The notes beneath the pieces are model-generated. The model ran no database searches. It saw only the letters and a program-made list of their open reading frames with translations, and was not told the origin of the DNA. This document shows positions 9,571 to 18,976 of a DNA stretch of 64,000 bases, one piece after another. Every line of letters begins with the position of its first letter. Positions within the stretch are counted from its first letter, which is position 1. This stretch comes from Thermoplasmata archaeon (GTDB lineage Archaea > Thermoplasmatota > Thermoplasmata > RBG-16-68-12 > JAFNFQ01): assembly GCA_041489255.1 (NCBI GenBank), contig JBGPQV010000002.1, forward strand, positions 64,001-128,000, read 5' to 3'. A program made the translations under genes and the position numbers.

Positions 9571-10614
9571 TCATTCCATCGGGAACGCGACCTTGCCGCA
9601 GTTCCCAGACCTCATGACTTCCATCGCCTCGACGTAGTCGTCGAGCTTGAAGCTGTGCGTTAGAATCGGCTTGAGGTTGAGCCCGCTCTTGAGCAGGCCG
9701 CCCATGCGCTGCCACGTCTGGAACATGCGCCGTCCATGGATGCCGAACACCCTCAGACCCTTGGTCACCAATTCGTTGATGTCGAAGGTCAGAGGACCCG
9801 GGTAGATGCCCAGGATGTGCACGCCGCCGGACGGCATCGTGGCCTTGAACGCCTGGATCAGCGCGTCGTGGTTGCCGCTGAACTCGAGGCTCTCCTGCAC
9901 TCCCTCGCCGCCCGTGTCGTCAAGAATTAGCTCAACCGGGTCCTCCCCGGACTTCAAGACCATATCCGCCCCAAGCTTGCGCGCGAGATCCATCCTGTAC
10001 TGGTTCTTCCTGCCGACGGCGTAGACCTTTGAGGCGCCTATGTGCTTGCATATCGCCACCGCCATCAAGCCAATCGGACCGAGGCCGAAAACCGCTACCT
10101 TTTTTCCGACGACATCGCCGCTGTCAACTGTGTAGACAGCGTTGCCCAGCGGGTCTTGGATCGTCGCGTACTCAAGGGGCAGATCCGCATCATTCTTGAG
10201 CACATTCTTTGCGGGAATCGTCATGTACTCGGCGAACGCGCCCGGTCGGTCGATTCCAAGGATGCTGACTGTCCTGCAGACGTGAGCGTTGCCGCTCCTG
10301 CACTGATAGCAGTATCCGCAGGCTATGTGGCCTTCTGCGGAGACATAGTCGCCCTTCTTGAACTCGGTCACGGTGGAGCCGACTGCTTCGACCTCGCCTG
10401 CGAACTCGTGACCTTGAATCAAGGGCGTCTTGATCCTCTTCTGCGACCACGCGTCCCAGTCATATATGTGGACGTCGGTGCCGCAGATCGACGATATTCG
10501 CGTCCTCATCAGAATCTCGTCAGGAAGGGGCTTCGGGATCGGCACCTTCTTGACGACCGTGCTCTTCGGCGCAGACTTCTCTTTGACGGCTGCCTTCATC
10601 ATCTTATCGGCCAT
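9571..10614 (-). CDS. tdh: L-threonine 3-dehydrogenase
   Basis: ICGTDVHIYDWD, GHEFAG, CGYCYQC...C Zn site, GLGPIG, SGNCGKV. ATG at 10614 with SD GAGGAGG. Confidence 0.92.
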   Translation of the reverse strand: MADKMMKAAVKEKSAPKSTVVKKVPIPKPLPDEILMRTRISSICGTDVHIYDWDAWSQKRIKTPLIQGHEFAGEVEAVGSTVTEFKKGDYVSAEGHIACGYCYQCRSGNAHVCRTVSILGIDRPGAFAEYMTIPAKNVLKNDADLPLEYATIQDPLGNAVYTVDSGDVVGKKVAVFGLGPIGLMAVAICKHIGASKVYAVGRKNQYRMDLARKLGADMVLKSGEDPVELILDDTGGEGVQESLEFSGNHDALIQAFKATMPSGGVHILGIYPGPLTFDINELVTKGLRVFGIHGRRMFQTWQRMGGLLKSGLNLKPILTHSFKLDDYVEAMEVMRSGNCGKVAFPME

Positions 10615-10660
10615 GCCAGTCCTCCTCGGAGTGGTGAAAGGAGGGAAACTCAAGTTCTAC

Positions 10661-11794
10661 TTAAACCTGTAGGGGATGCATCCTCATCGTTCTATAGCCG
10701 ACTATTACCCGTAGATACTCTTTCTTGGCGAACTCCGAGTCGAGCTTCGCATCGCCCGTGTCCACGCGGAGGGTCGGCGTCACCTGAAGCTTCGATGGCG
10801 TCGCGAATACAATGATGTTGGAAATCCCGATCCTTCGCACCACCTTCGGGCTCAGCTGCAGGTTGCCCCGCCCCAGGATGAAGCCCTGAGCACCGATCGG
10901 GCTCACGGCGAGATAGGCGGGTTCATGCTTGTCGAGAAGCCCGAGCAGGCTCCGCTCGTCGAGATCCTTTCCTACCTGCTTGCCATCGACGACCGCGTCT
11001 ATTCCCAAGAGCGTCTTGTCGATCTTGAGGCTCTTGCTGATTCTGGAAATCGTCGAACCTGGGCCCAGAATGAAAAGCGCCTTAGGCTCCTTCTCGATCA
11101 GTTCAGAGAGGTACTCCCCCATCTCGTCTTTGATCGCCTCATCAGCAACTTCCGCGACCATCATCTTGCCCGCCTGAACGAGGTTCGGCTCCTGCAATGT
11201 CGTGGCGGTGCCGAAGAGGCGGACGACCCATTTGCCTTTCCGATACTTCTCCTCGTCGAGGTCGAGAATCTCCGCTTCTCCCGGTCCGATGCGACCGTTG
11301 ATGAAACCCTGGAGCAGGAAAGCGACATTCTCCGGCCGCGTGCAGAAGACACCGGAGTGCATCTTCACTCCTGCCGGGATGCCTACCACAGGGACGTTCT
11401 TACCGACCACCTTCACGATGTCTCTTGCGGTTCCGTCCCCGCCGCAGAAGAGAATCACATCCACTCCCCTCTCTGCAAATGCCTTCGCGGCGGCCTCCGT
11501 GTCTTTCGCCGATGTGTGCTTTGGCGGGCGGTGAACAATCTCGATGCCGCTCTGAGTAACTCCCGCTCGGAGCAACTCCGATTCCCCCATGACTCCCGAG
11601 CATGTGAGGAATTGCACATCCTTCACCGAGCTGCCGAGCTGCGAGACGAGCTTGGTCAGAGCTTCCTTCGCGCGGTCAGGAGAAACCGACTTGGCTCCCC
11701 GACGCCGCGCTTCCTCCTCGACGTTGTCTGAACCCTTCAGCCCGACTCTCCCGCCAATCCCGGCTATCGGGTTCACCAGGAAACCTATGCGCAT
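10661..11794 (-). CDS. ATP-NAD kinase family protein (COG3199-like)
   Basis: MRIGFLVNPIAGIGG, GGDGTARD, PAGVKMHSGVF, GRGNLQ, VDTGD. Confidence 0.85.
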   Translation of the reverse strand: MRIGFLVNPIAGIGGRVGLKGSDNVEEEARRRGAKSVSPDRAKEALTKLVSQLGSSVKDVQFLTCSGVMGESELLRAGVTQSGIEIVHRPPKHTSAKDTEAAAKAFAERGVDVILFCGGDGTARDIVKVVGKNVPVVGIPAGVKMHSGVFCTRPENVAFLLQGFINGRIGPGEAEILDLDEEKYRKGKWVVRLFGTATTLQEPNLVQAGKMMVAEVADEAIKDEMGEYLSELIEKEPKALFILGPGSTISRISKSLKIDKTLLGIDAVVDGKQVGKDLDERSLLGLLDKHEPAYLAVSPIGAQGFILGRGNLQLSPKVVRRIGISNIIVFATPSKLQVTPTLRVDTGDAKLDSEFAKKEYLRVIVGYRTMRMHPLQV

Positions 11795-11851
11795 CAAGCC
11801 GACTATGTGTGAGCGGTATTTCAAAATGCCCATCGAGGGGCGATGTGATCG

Positions 11852-13285
11852 TCAATGCTCGATGCCCGCCAGCTTCCTCGCTAGCTCCTTCTTGCTCTCG
11901 AGCTCGGAAAGTTGTCTGATCGTCATCTGAGCGGCCGCGGGAGAACCGCCGCCGTGCAGGCATAATGCCCCGAGCCGCCCGGGCCCGGCCACCATGCTCT
12001 CAACGAGCTTTGCCACACGGAGCTTCTTTTCTGCAGTCACTCCGTGAGTCCCCCGGTAGTACTTCTCAACGAGCGGACCGATCTTCGGACTCTTCAGGTC
12101 GAGCTCTGAAGGCATCGCGGAGATCATCCCGCCACCGATATCCTCGGCGAGCCTCTGCACCTCATATGGAAGGCGGGTGACGCTGGTCTTCGTGACGTTC
12201 GCGAGAAGCTGATCGGGGAACCATGCGCCCGATGGAGATGCCTTTCCCTCGTACGCTGCGCCGATTGCCTGCGCATATAATGCCTCAGAGAGATAGGTCA
12301 TCTCGGTCAGCCGGTCCTGCATCTGCCTCGACAAACCGTTATATTCCGCGAGGAGTGCGGCGGCTCCGGTGAGCACATCACCGCATCCCGCCAAGCATCC
12401 GCCGAGCACCATGCGGTGCAGCAGGACGAACCTCGAGACGACCTCTGCGGCGTAGTCGTTCTCGCCGCACATGAAGACGCGCTCCTTTGGGACGAACACA
12501 TCGTTGAAGATGACGAGCGCCTCTGAGGATCCGAAGCGGACATTGCCCTTGTCGAAGCTGTCCTTGAGCTTCGCCTCCCCGCCAGGCTGGGCGTTGACCA
12601 CCTGGACCACGCCCTCCGAGTTGAGCGGCACCGCAAAGGCGACAGCGTGGTCTCTCTCGTCCTCGGAGAAACCGGTTCCCGGCTGCACGATGATCTCGTG
12701 TGAGCCCACAGCACCGCCGATCATCGACTTGGCACCGCGGACGACGATTCCCTTCCTGTCCTCCTCGACTACGCGCAGGTAGACGTCCTTGTCGGGCTGC
12801 TGCCTCGGTTTCAGCGCGCGGTTCCCTTTCGGGTCTGTCAGCGCGCCCGCGCACGCGAGGTCCTTGCCCTGCACCATCGAAGCGTACTTCGCCAGTCTCT
12901 TATGATAGTCAGTCCCGAGACGGGAGTCCATCTCAAAGGTGGTGTGCCAGAGGGCGTTCAACGCATCCCAGCCGCAGCACCTGCTTCCAGTACACACCCC
13001 GGTCTTCTGGCAGACGAGGCGGGCAACCCGCACGCGGTTGACCAGATCCTCGCGCGATCGGTGTATCGAGCAATAGACGTTGAACCTCCCGCTACCCTCA
13101 CCCCTCGTGAGCATCTCCGCGTTCCTCTGGTCTCTGGAGAGATCGTAGATCTGGCCGATGCCCTCGAGCGCGAGGCGGGTGAAACCGTTCTTCGTCACAT
13201 CGGGGATGCGCTTGCCGAGCATGTACGCCTCGGTCTTCATCTTCCCAATGCTCTCGATGTATTGCTCCTTTGACTTCAGCGTCAT
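11852..13285 (-). CDS. 4-hydroxybutyryl-CoA dehydratase / 4-hydroxyphenylacetate 3-hydroxylase family protein
   Basis: CTGSRCCGWD, TDPKGNR, VVRGAK, FNDVFVPKERVFM, HR...GC, HGGGSP. Confidence 0.82.
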   Translation of the reverse strand: MTLKSKEQYIESIGKMKTEAYMLGKRIPDVTKNGFTRLALEGIGQIYDLSRDQRNAEMLTRGEGSGRFNVYCSIHRSREDLVNRVRVARLVCQKTGVCTGSRCCGWDALNALWHTTFEMDSRLGTDYHKRLAKYASMVQGKDLACAGALTDPKGNRALKPRQQPDKDVYLRVVEEDRKGIVVRGAKSMIGGAVGSHEIIVQPGTGFSEDERDHAVAFAVPLNSEGVVQVVNAQPGGEAKLKDSFDKGNVRFGSSEALVIFNDVFVPKERVFMCGENDYAAEVVSRFVLLHRMVLGGCLAGCGDVLTGAAALLAEYNGLSRQMQDRLTEMTYLSEALYAQAIGAAYEGKASPSGAWFPDQLLANVTKTSVTRLPYEVQRLAEDIGGGMISAMPSELDLKSPKIGPLVEKYYRGTHGVTAEKKLRVAKLVESMVAGPGRLGALCLHGGGSPAAAQMTIRQLSELESKKELARKLAGIEH

Positions 13286-13294
13286 GCCTGCACC

Positions 13295-14431
13295 TCAGAG
13301 TAGGTCGTTCGAGATGACCAGCCGCTGTATTTCCGACGTCCCCTCATAAATCTCTGTTATTTTCGCGTCCCTATAGTACCGCTCAAGAGGCAGATCGGTC
13401 ATGTATCCATAGCCGCCGTGGATCTGCAGCGCCTTGCGAGCTGCTTCCACCGCGGTCGACGCCGCGAACAGTTTCGCCATCGCAGCCTCCTTCGTGTGCC
13501 GCTTTCCGATGTCCGTGATCCGCGCGGCCTTATGGGTCAGAAGTCTGGCGGCTTCGATGTCTGTGGCCATGTCCGCGATCATCCATCTGAGGGCTTGCTG
13601 GTCCGCGATCGGCCTGCCGAACTGCACCCTGGTCTTCGAGTACTGTATCGCAGCGTCGAGCGATGCCTGGGCGATGCCGCAAGCCTGGGCGGCGATGCTG
13701 ATACGACCGCAATCGAGCGCCTCCATCGCAATCTTGAACCCGTCCCCTGCCCGGCCGAGCATGCTCTCGGCAGGAACGCGCACGTCGTCGAAGATGACCT
13801 CGGACGCGAGCGAGGACCTGATGCCCATCTTGTCGAAGATCTTGCCAATCTTCACACCAGGCATGTCCCGCTCGACCACGAAGCACGATATCCCCCGGTG
13901 AGCCATCGACCTATCAGTCATGGCGAAAACGAGATACGTGCTCGCGAGCGGCGCGTTCATGATGAAGTATTTGCGGCCCTTGATGATGTAGTGGTCTCCC
14001 TTCAACGTCGCCTTGGATTCCATGGAGGCAACGTCGCTTCCCGCCACGGGCTCGGTTAGACAGAAGGAACCGAACTGTTTGCCCTGGGCCAGAGGCCTGA
14101 GGTAATGCATCTTCTGCTGTTCGTTCCCGAACCAGAGGAGAGGCTGGCTCACGAGCGAGGTATGCACCGCCAGGGTCACGCCAAAAGCCGCGGAGCCTTT
14201 CGATATCTCCTCGACCGCGAGCACATAGCTGACGACGTCGTGCCCGCCGCCGCCGTGCTTGCGGGGAATCGGGATGCCTGTGAGGCCTGCCTTGGCAAGC
14301 TCCCGCCACGCGTCCATGGGGAACTTGTTCGTCTTGTCCCACTTGTCCGCCTCGGACAGGACGTGCTCCTCGACGAACCTCCTCGCTTTCCTCTTGACCT
14401 GCTCCTGGTTCTTGCTTGGCGAGAAATCCAT
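13295..14431 (-). CDS. Acyl-CoA dehydrogenase (butyryl-CoA dehydrogenase-like)
   Basis: FCLTEPVAGSD, GRISIAAQ, RVQFGRPI, QIHGGYGY, YRDAKITEIYEGTSEIQR. Start MDFSPS at 14431. Confidence 0.93.
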   Translation of the reverse strand: MDFSPSKNQEQVKRKARRFVEEHVLSEADKWDKTNKFPMDAWRELAKAGLTGIPIPRKHGGGGHDVVSYVLAVEEISKGSAAFGVTLAVHTSLVSQPLLWFGNEQQKMHYLRPLAQGKQFGSFCLTEPVAGSDVASMESKATLKGDHYIIKGRKYFIMNAPLASTYLVFAMTDRSMAHRGISCFVVERDMPGVKIGKIFDKMGIRSSLASEVIFDDVRVPAESMLGRAGDGFKIAMEALDCGRISIAAQACGIAQASLDAAIQYSKTRVQFGRPIADQQALRWMIADMATDIEAARLLTHKAARITDIGKRHTKEAAMAKLFAASTAVEAARKALQIHGGYGYMTDLPLERYYRDAKITEIYEGTSEIQRLVISNDLL

Positions 14432-14598
14432 TGTGATCGCCTGTCTCTCTCCGGACCGACCGGTAAGAACGTTGGCGGTGTATAGTCGTTGTGGGCGAGG
14501 CCATGTGTCCGGGTCGAATTCCACTCAGTAAGCCACTCTGTGCTACCCGCGGTGATAATCATGGCCGATAGGCACGACAAGTCCCTTGATGCTAGCTG

Positions 14599-14904
14599 AT
14601 GCGAATACTATCTGATACGTTACTCAGAAAACAAGGCGAGCTTGATGAGGACTGCAGGAGGATACTCCTCCTCGCCATGAAGTCCCCCAAGACGCCGCCG
14701 CAGATCAGCAAATTGACCGACATCCCGATAACGAGATGCTGGGAGAAGGTCCGCTACCTGGAATCACTCGGCTTGATCAGGCCCGTCCTCGCGTTCGTGA
14801 ACAACAAGGGAAAGGCAGTAAGGTACTACGAGACCTCCATCCACGCGGAACGCCTCGAGGAGAGGGGATTGGAGAATCTCGTGACCTCTCCCTACATGTT
14901 CTGA
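14599..14904 (+). CDS. Winged helix-turn-helix transcriptional regulator
   Basis: RRILL...PKTPPQIS...IPITRCW..V..LESLGLI pattern; divergent from the acyl-CoA genes. Confidence 0.7.
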   Translation: MRILSDTLLRKQGELDEDCRRILLLAMKSPKTPPQISKLTDIPITRCWEKVRYLESLGLIRPVLAFVNNKGKAVRYYETSIHAERLEERGLENLVTSPYMF

Positions 14905-15032
14905 ACCGCCCCGCGAACGCGCCTAGATCGGTTTGTCAAGCCCCTCGACCCACCGTCCCAAGTTATAAATAGGCTGACAAGCATGCTCAAATTGTCCGAC
15001 AAAGGTCGGACGTACGCATAAAGGGATGGGAC

Positions 15033-15932
15033 ATGGGCCTACGCCGAAAGTCCGGCAGGGCTCCTCGGGACCAAGCGACGAAAAGCTTGGTCAACCAAGG
15101 AGTCTACAGGATAGATGTCCAAGACCATGAGCTTGGCTTCTTTCACCGTCACAAAGCGGCTTTCTCTTTCTGGTCTGGCGTTCGATACATCCTGATCCTT
15201 TCAGTGCTGCTGTGGTGGCTCCCGACCGTCGGCCAGATGATCGCGGGTTACGTTGGCGGGAGGAGGACCGGTGCTCCATGGAAAGGCGTCATCGCGGCGG
15301 TCATCCCCATGGCGGTGATCTTCGGTGCGGCGTACGCGGTCGAGCATGGCTACATCGGGCTTGGGGCTGACTTCTTCGGTGCACTGCCTGCCTCGATCGT
15401 GCAGTCCGTCTCAAGCAGGGTCCCAGCACTCACTCCATATGTCGACTTCGTGGTGCAGTACATCGCCTCGTTCGTCATCGCGATGCGCACGACATTGTCC
15501 ATGGGCTCGAACGGGTACATGGTTACAATCGTGTTCGCGTACATCGGCGGCGTCATGGCCGAGCAGGCTCGGCACGAGGTCGCGGCGTCAGGGGGACGCT
15601 CGGGCGCCAGTGTCTCAATCACTCAACCGATATTCCATCACGCTCAGGAGGATGGCGAGATGATCAGATCCAGACGAAAAGAACCAGTGGAATTGGCGAC
15701 GATGAAGAAGATACCAGCATCGAATGTGGCTGCGGCACACGCTGCACCGGTTGCCAAGGCAGACGAAGAGCTGAGCAAGGAGAAGGTCTCAACCAGCTCC
15801 AAGGATGCCGAGAAGAAGCACACGAAGAGGCAGGTCGAACCAGCGAAGACCAGGAGCGAGCAGCAGGAAGTCAGGTTGCAGCACTACGTTGACCAGGCGC
15901 TGAGCAGGTACCAGGAAAAGCACCATCACTGA
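15033..15932 (+). CDS. Conserved archaeal membrane protein
   Basis: TM segments with LWWLPTVGQMIAGYVGGRR motif; charged C-terminal tail. Confidence 0.6.
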   Translation: MGLRRKSGRAPRDQATKSLVNQGVYRIDVQDHELGFFHRHKAAFSFWSGVRYILILSVLLWWLPTVGQMIAGYVGGRRTGAPWKGVIAAVIPMAVIFGAAYAVEHGYIGLGADFFGALPASIVQSVSSRVPALTPYVDFVVQYIASFVIAMRTTLSMGSNGYMVTIVFAYIGGVMAEQARHEVAASGGRSGASVSITQPIFHHAQEDGEMIRSRRKEPVELATMKKIPASNVAAAHAAPVAKADEELSKEKVSTSSKDAEKKHTKRQVEPAKTRSEQQEVRLQHYVDQALSRYQEKHHH

Positions 15933-16034
15933 GTGGAGGCTCGACGAGCGGAGTCGGCAGTGCCCCCGCTCCAAATAAGGTGCCGCCATGTGCCTACCGA
16001 ATGTTTTTCTAGACGGCCTTGGCATTCCACGGGC

Positions 16035-17036
16035 GTGAACAAGCCCGCGGTTTCCCTCCCTGGCTACCATTCAATCCTCCGTGGGCGGCGACTTCCGGGA
16101 TTCCTGCGCTGCGCAGAGACCGGACTGCGAATCGACCTCTCCGCAGACGAACCGACGCTATGGCGGTGTCATCGCGAGGGGATGAAGAGGCTCGATGCCG
16201 GACTGCGCGGCGACGGCCCTGTGTCGTTGCTGCAGTTGAAGGCCGAGCTCGCGCGGAGACTTCTGAAGCCGTGCAGGCTCTGCGAAAGGCGGTGCAAGGT
16301 GGATAGACTGGCGGGGAAGACCGGCTACTGCGGTGTCGACAAGCCGAGGATATCGAATCGCTTCGTGCACATGGGCGAGGAGCCCGACCTGATCCCCTCA
16401 TACACGATATTCTTCTCGGGCTGCACTTTCGAGTGCCTCTTCTGCCAGAACTGGGACATTAGTCAGCGCGAGACGGGGACGACTCTTCAGGCGGGCGCCG
16501 TGGCACGAGACATCGACGAGCACTTCGGCGATGTGAAGAACATCAACTGGGTGGGCGGCGAACCGACGCCAAACCTGCCGTTCATCCTCGATGTTTTGAC
16601 GATGGCCAAGGAGCCGACCCCGCAGATATGGAACAGCAACATGTACATGACTGAAGAGGCCATGGCTCTTCTTCACGGAGTCGCCGATGTCTACCTGGCC
16701 GATTTCAAATGGGGGCCGGGCGATTGCTCGAAGAAATATTCCAGAATCCACTATTACTGGGAAATCGTGACACGCAATCATGTGCTCGCGAACGAGCACG
16801 CGGAGATCGTGCTGCGCCATCTGGTCATGCCGGGCCACGTAGACTGCTGCTCCCGCCCCGTCCTGGAATGGATCGCCGGCAACCTCGATACGAGCAAGGT
16901 GATCGTGAATGTCATGGACCAGTACCGTCCTGAATACAAAGCGCCAGGAATCCCTGGCATCGATCAGAGGATATCGGAATCGGAGTTTCTTGAAGCTTAC
17001 AAGCTCGCGAGGAATCTCGGGCTTGAGGTCACTTGA
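16035..17036 (+). CDS. Radical SAM protein, PflX family
   Basis: CRLCERRC, HMGEEP, CTFECLFCQNWDISQ (CxxxCxxC), GGEPTP, RHLVMPGH, NVMDQYRP. Start uncertain (15933-16035). Confidence 0.88.
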   Translation: MNKPAVSLPGYHSILRGRRLPGFLRCAETGLRIDLSADEPTLWRCHREGMKRLDAGLRGDGPVSLLQLKAELARRLLKPCRLCERRCKVDRLAGKTGYCGVDKPRISNRFVHMGEEPDLIPSYTIFFSGCTFECLFCQNWDISQRETGTTLQAGAVARDIDEHFGDVKNINWVGGEPTPNLPFILDVLTMAKEPTPQIWNSNMYMTEEAMALLHGVADVYLADFKWGPGDCSKKYSRIHYYWEIVTRNHVLANEHAEIVLRHLVMPGHVDCCSRPVLEWIAGNLDTSKVIVNVMDQYRPEYKAPGIPGIDQRISESEFLEAYKLARNLGLEVT

Positions 17037-17589
17037 CGGTCGCTTTCTTGCCGGAGGTCTTCTCAAAGAGAGCCTTGGACAGAGCCTGGAATGCCTCCTC
17101 GACGTTCTCGCCTTTCTTGGCGGAGGTGAAGAAATACGGGGCGTCGAACGCCTCCGTCGCCTGTTTGACCTCCTCCTCGCCGAATGCCGCCTTGTTCTTC
17201 AGGTCCATCTTGTTTATGGCGAACACCACGGGTATCTCGCCGACAGTCCTGAAAACCGACTCCACCCATCCATCCAGGTCCCCGAGAGTCTCCTCGCGCG
17301 TCACATCGCAGACGGCCAGTATCCCCTGGGCCCCGTGAAAGTATGCCTCGCGGAGCAGCTCCCTGAACCCTTTCGAGCCCATTATGTCCCAAATGGTCAT
17401 GTCCATGGACACTGGAGATTCGCCCTCCATGGACATCTCGAACTCTTTCTTGGAGACCTTCGCACCGAGGGTCGTGATATACCTGTCATCGAACTCATCC
17501 AGAACGTATCTGCGGATCAGCGATGTCTTGCCGACCGCATGCTCTCCAACCAAGCATATCTTCGACTTCATCAGTTGCGTTTCGGTCAA
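17029..17589 (-). CDS. Rab/Ras-like small GTPase
   Basis: G1 GEHAVGKTS, G2 YITTLG, G3 WDIMG, G4 NKMD, G5 SAK; 186 aa; no C-terminal Cys prenylation motif. Confidence 0.9.
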   Translation of the reverse strand: MTETQLMKSKICLVGEHAVGKTSLIRRYVLDEFDDRYITTLGAKVSKKEFEMSMEGESPVSMDMTIWDIMGSKGFRELLREAYFHGAQGILAVCDVTREETLGDLDGWVESVFRTVGEIPVVFAINKMDLKNKAAFGEEEVKQATEAFDAPYFFTSAKKGENVEEAFQALSKALFEKTSGKKATVK

Positions 17590-17798
17590 TTCGTCGGCCT
17601 CCGTGCTTCAAGCGAGACAAGGGCGGTCATTTCGGTTTCATTCATGCCGCGTCCACTCCCTGCATCGGATTCGGTACTCGAATGACCTCCGAGTACTTAG
17701 CAATTTTGCAGTGGTTCTCTTCCGTGAATCGCGACGCGGCCAATCACCGACCGGACTGGTCGGCCAATCGTTATATAACGCCCCTCGAATGCAACCGC

Positions 17799-18725
17799 GT
17801 GGATGGCTTCGCGGCTTTCCGCGTCCTCACCGGTCTGGCTTTCCTCGGCTTCGCCTCATGCCGAGACTTGAAAACGCGCCGCGTTCCCGATGAGGTCTGG
17901 ATCGTGATGGGCGTCTTGGCCCTGGTTTTGCTCGAGGTCGAACTCGTCCAAGGGGGAGCCTCCTGGGAACATCAGCTACTCCTTGTCCCGACTGCGATTA
18001 TCTTCTTCGGCGTCTTCTTCGGGGAGGAGATGTGGACCGAGGAAGGATTCAGATTGAGACCCATCAGACTCATCGTCTACGCAGTTGCAGGCCTGCTCTT
18101 GGCGTTCCTCGCGTATCATTTCTGGAGCACGAGCGGCAGCGATTCCAATGCGTTCTGGGGCCACCTGAGCATGCCCATAATGCTCGTCCTCGCTCACGTG
18201 TTTTACCAGTTCGGGTTGCTTCGCGGCGGGGCGGATGCAAAGGCGTTCATGTCGATTGCCATCCTCGTGCCAATCTATCCGAGCATTGGACCCGGACTAC
18301 CGCTCGTTAGTCTCTCCCCGACCATCCAGCATGCCGTCGATCTGATGTTTCCTTTCGCGCTCGTCGCCCTCCTTGACGCTGCGCTCCTGCTTGTGTTCCT
18401 ACCGCTGTTCTTCCTGGTATTCAATGCATTACGTGGAGACGCCAAGGGAATCCAAGCACTTTTCGGCTACCGAGTCGGCATCGACAAAGTGCCCAAGTTC
18501 GTCTGGCTGATGGACAGGGTGGAGAACGGCAAGCATCTCAGGATCCTTCTGCCTCGGAAGAGGGAGGACCGGAATGAACAGATCGCGAGGCTACGAGAGA
18601 AAGGCTTCGACCGCGTGTGGGTGACGCCGCAGATTCCATTCCTCGTGCCCATGACCTTCGGGTTTGCCGCGGCCTTCCTTGTGGGCAACTTCAGCTTAGG
18701 CCTGACGCTGCTGTTCGGGCGGTGA
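17799..18725 (+). CDS. A24 family prepilin/prearchaellin peptidase (FlaK/PibD-like)
   Basis: ASCRDLKTRRV, GGADAKA, C-terminal VWVTPQIPFLVP. GTG at 17799 lies about 25 nt after TTATATAA (17771-17778). Confidence 0.88.
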   Translation: MDGFAAFRVLTGLAFLGFASCRDLKTRRVPDEVWIVMGVLALVLLEVELVQGGASWEHQLLLVPTAIIFFGVFFGEEMWTEEGFRLRPIRLIVYAVAGLLLAFLAYHFWSTSGSDSNAFWGHLSMPIMLVLAHVFYQFGLLRGGADAKAFMSIAILVPIYPSIGPGLPLVSLSPTIQHAVDLMFPFALVALLDAALLLVFLPLFFLVFNALRGDAKGIQALFGYRVGIDKVPKFVWLMDRVENGKHLRILLPRKREDRNEQIARLREKGFDRVWVTPQIPFLVPMTFGFAAAFLVGNFSLGLTLLFGR

Positions 18726-18740
18726 ATGAGCGGGATTCCG

Positions 18741-18760
18741 GAAAAAGAAGCCTTTTATAG
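18741..18760 (+). promoter_or_regulatory. BRE/TATA promoter of the 5S rRNA gene
   Basis: Purine-rich GAAAAAGAAG followed by CCTTTTATAG, ending about 27 nt upstream of the 5S 5' end. Confidence 0.7.
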
Positions 18761-18786
18761 GGCCGATGTTCTACTTCCCGACAGCA

Positions 18787-18975
18787 GTGGTACGACGGTC
18801 AAAGCGGCGGTGATACACCCGGTCTCTTTCCGAACCCGGAAGTTAAGCCCGTCCACGTTCTCCGCTGTACTGTGGTGCGCGAGCACACGGGAAGCCTATC
18901 CCCGTAAGGGGCCTCCGGCAAGCGACCTAGGTACGCTAGCCGCCTACCCTTGTGGTAGGTGACGAAACGTACCGC
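18787..18975 (+). rRNA. rrf: 5S rRNA, atypical (about 189 nt, expanded 3' domain)
   Basis: 18787-18895 matches the archaeal 5S consensus (ACACCCGGTCTC..TCCGAACCCGGAAGTTAAGCCC...GTACTG...GCGAG...CGGGAA). The 5' GTGGTACG pairs with CGTACCGC at 18968-18975, with 72 non-canonical nt between 18895 and 18968. Confidence 0.85.
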
Positions 18976-18976
18976 T

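Noticed and set aside
18896-18967. BHB-type intron in the 5S gene
   Set aside because: No excision restores the expected helix V complement (about GGAGAACG), and no clear bulge-helix-bulge is visible.
18896-18975. Hammerhead or HDV-like ribozyme in the 5S insert (hairpin followed by GACGAAAC)
   Set aside because: No CUGANGA core or correctly placed UH cleavage triplet, and no P1/P3/L3 nested pseudoknot could be built on either strand by eye.
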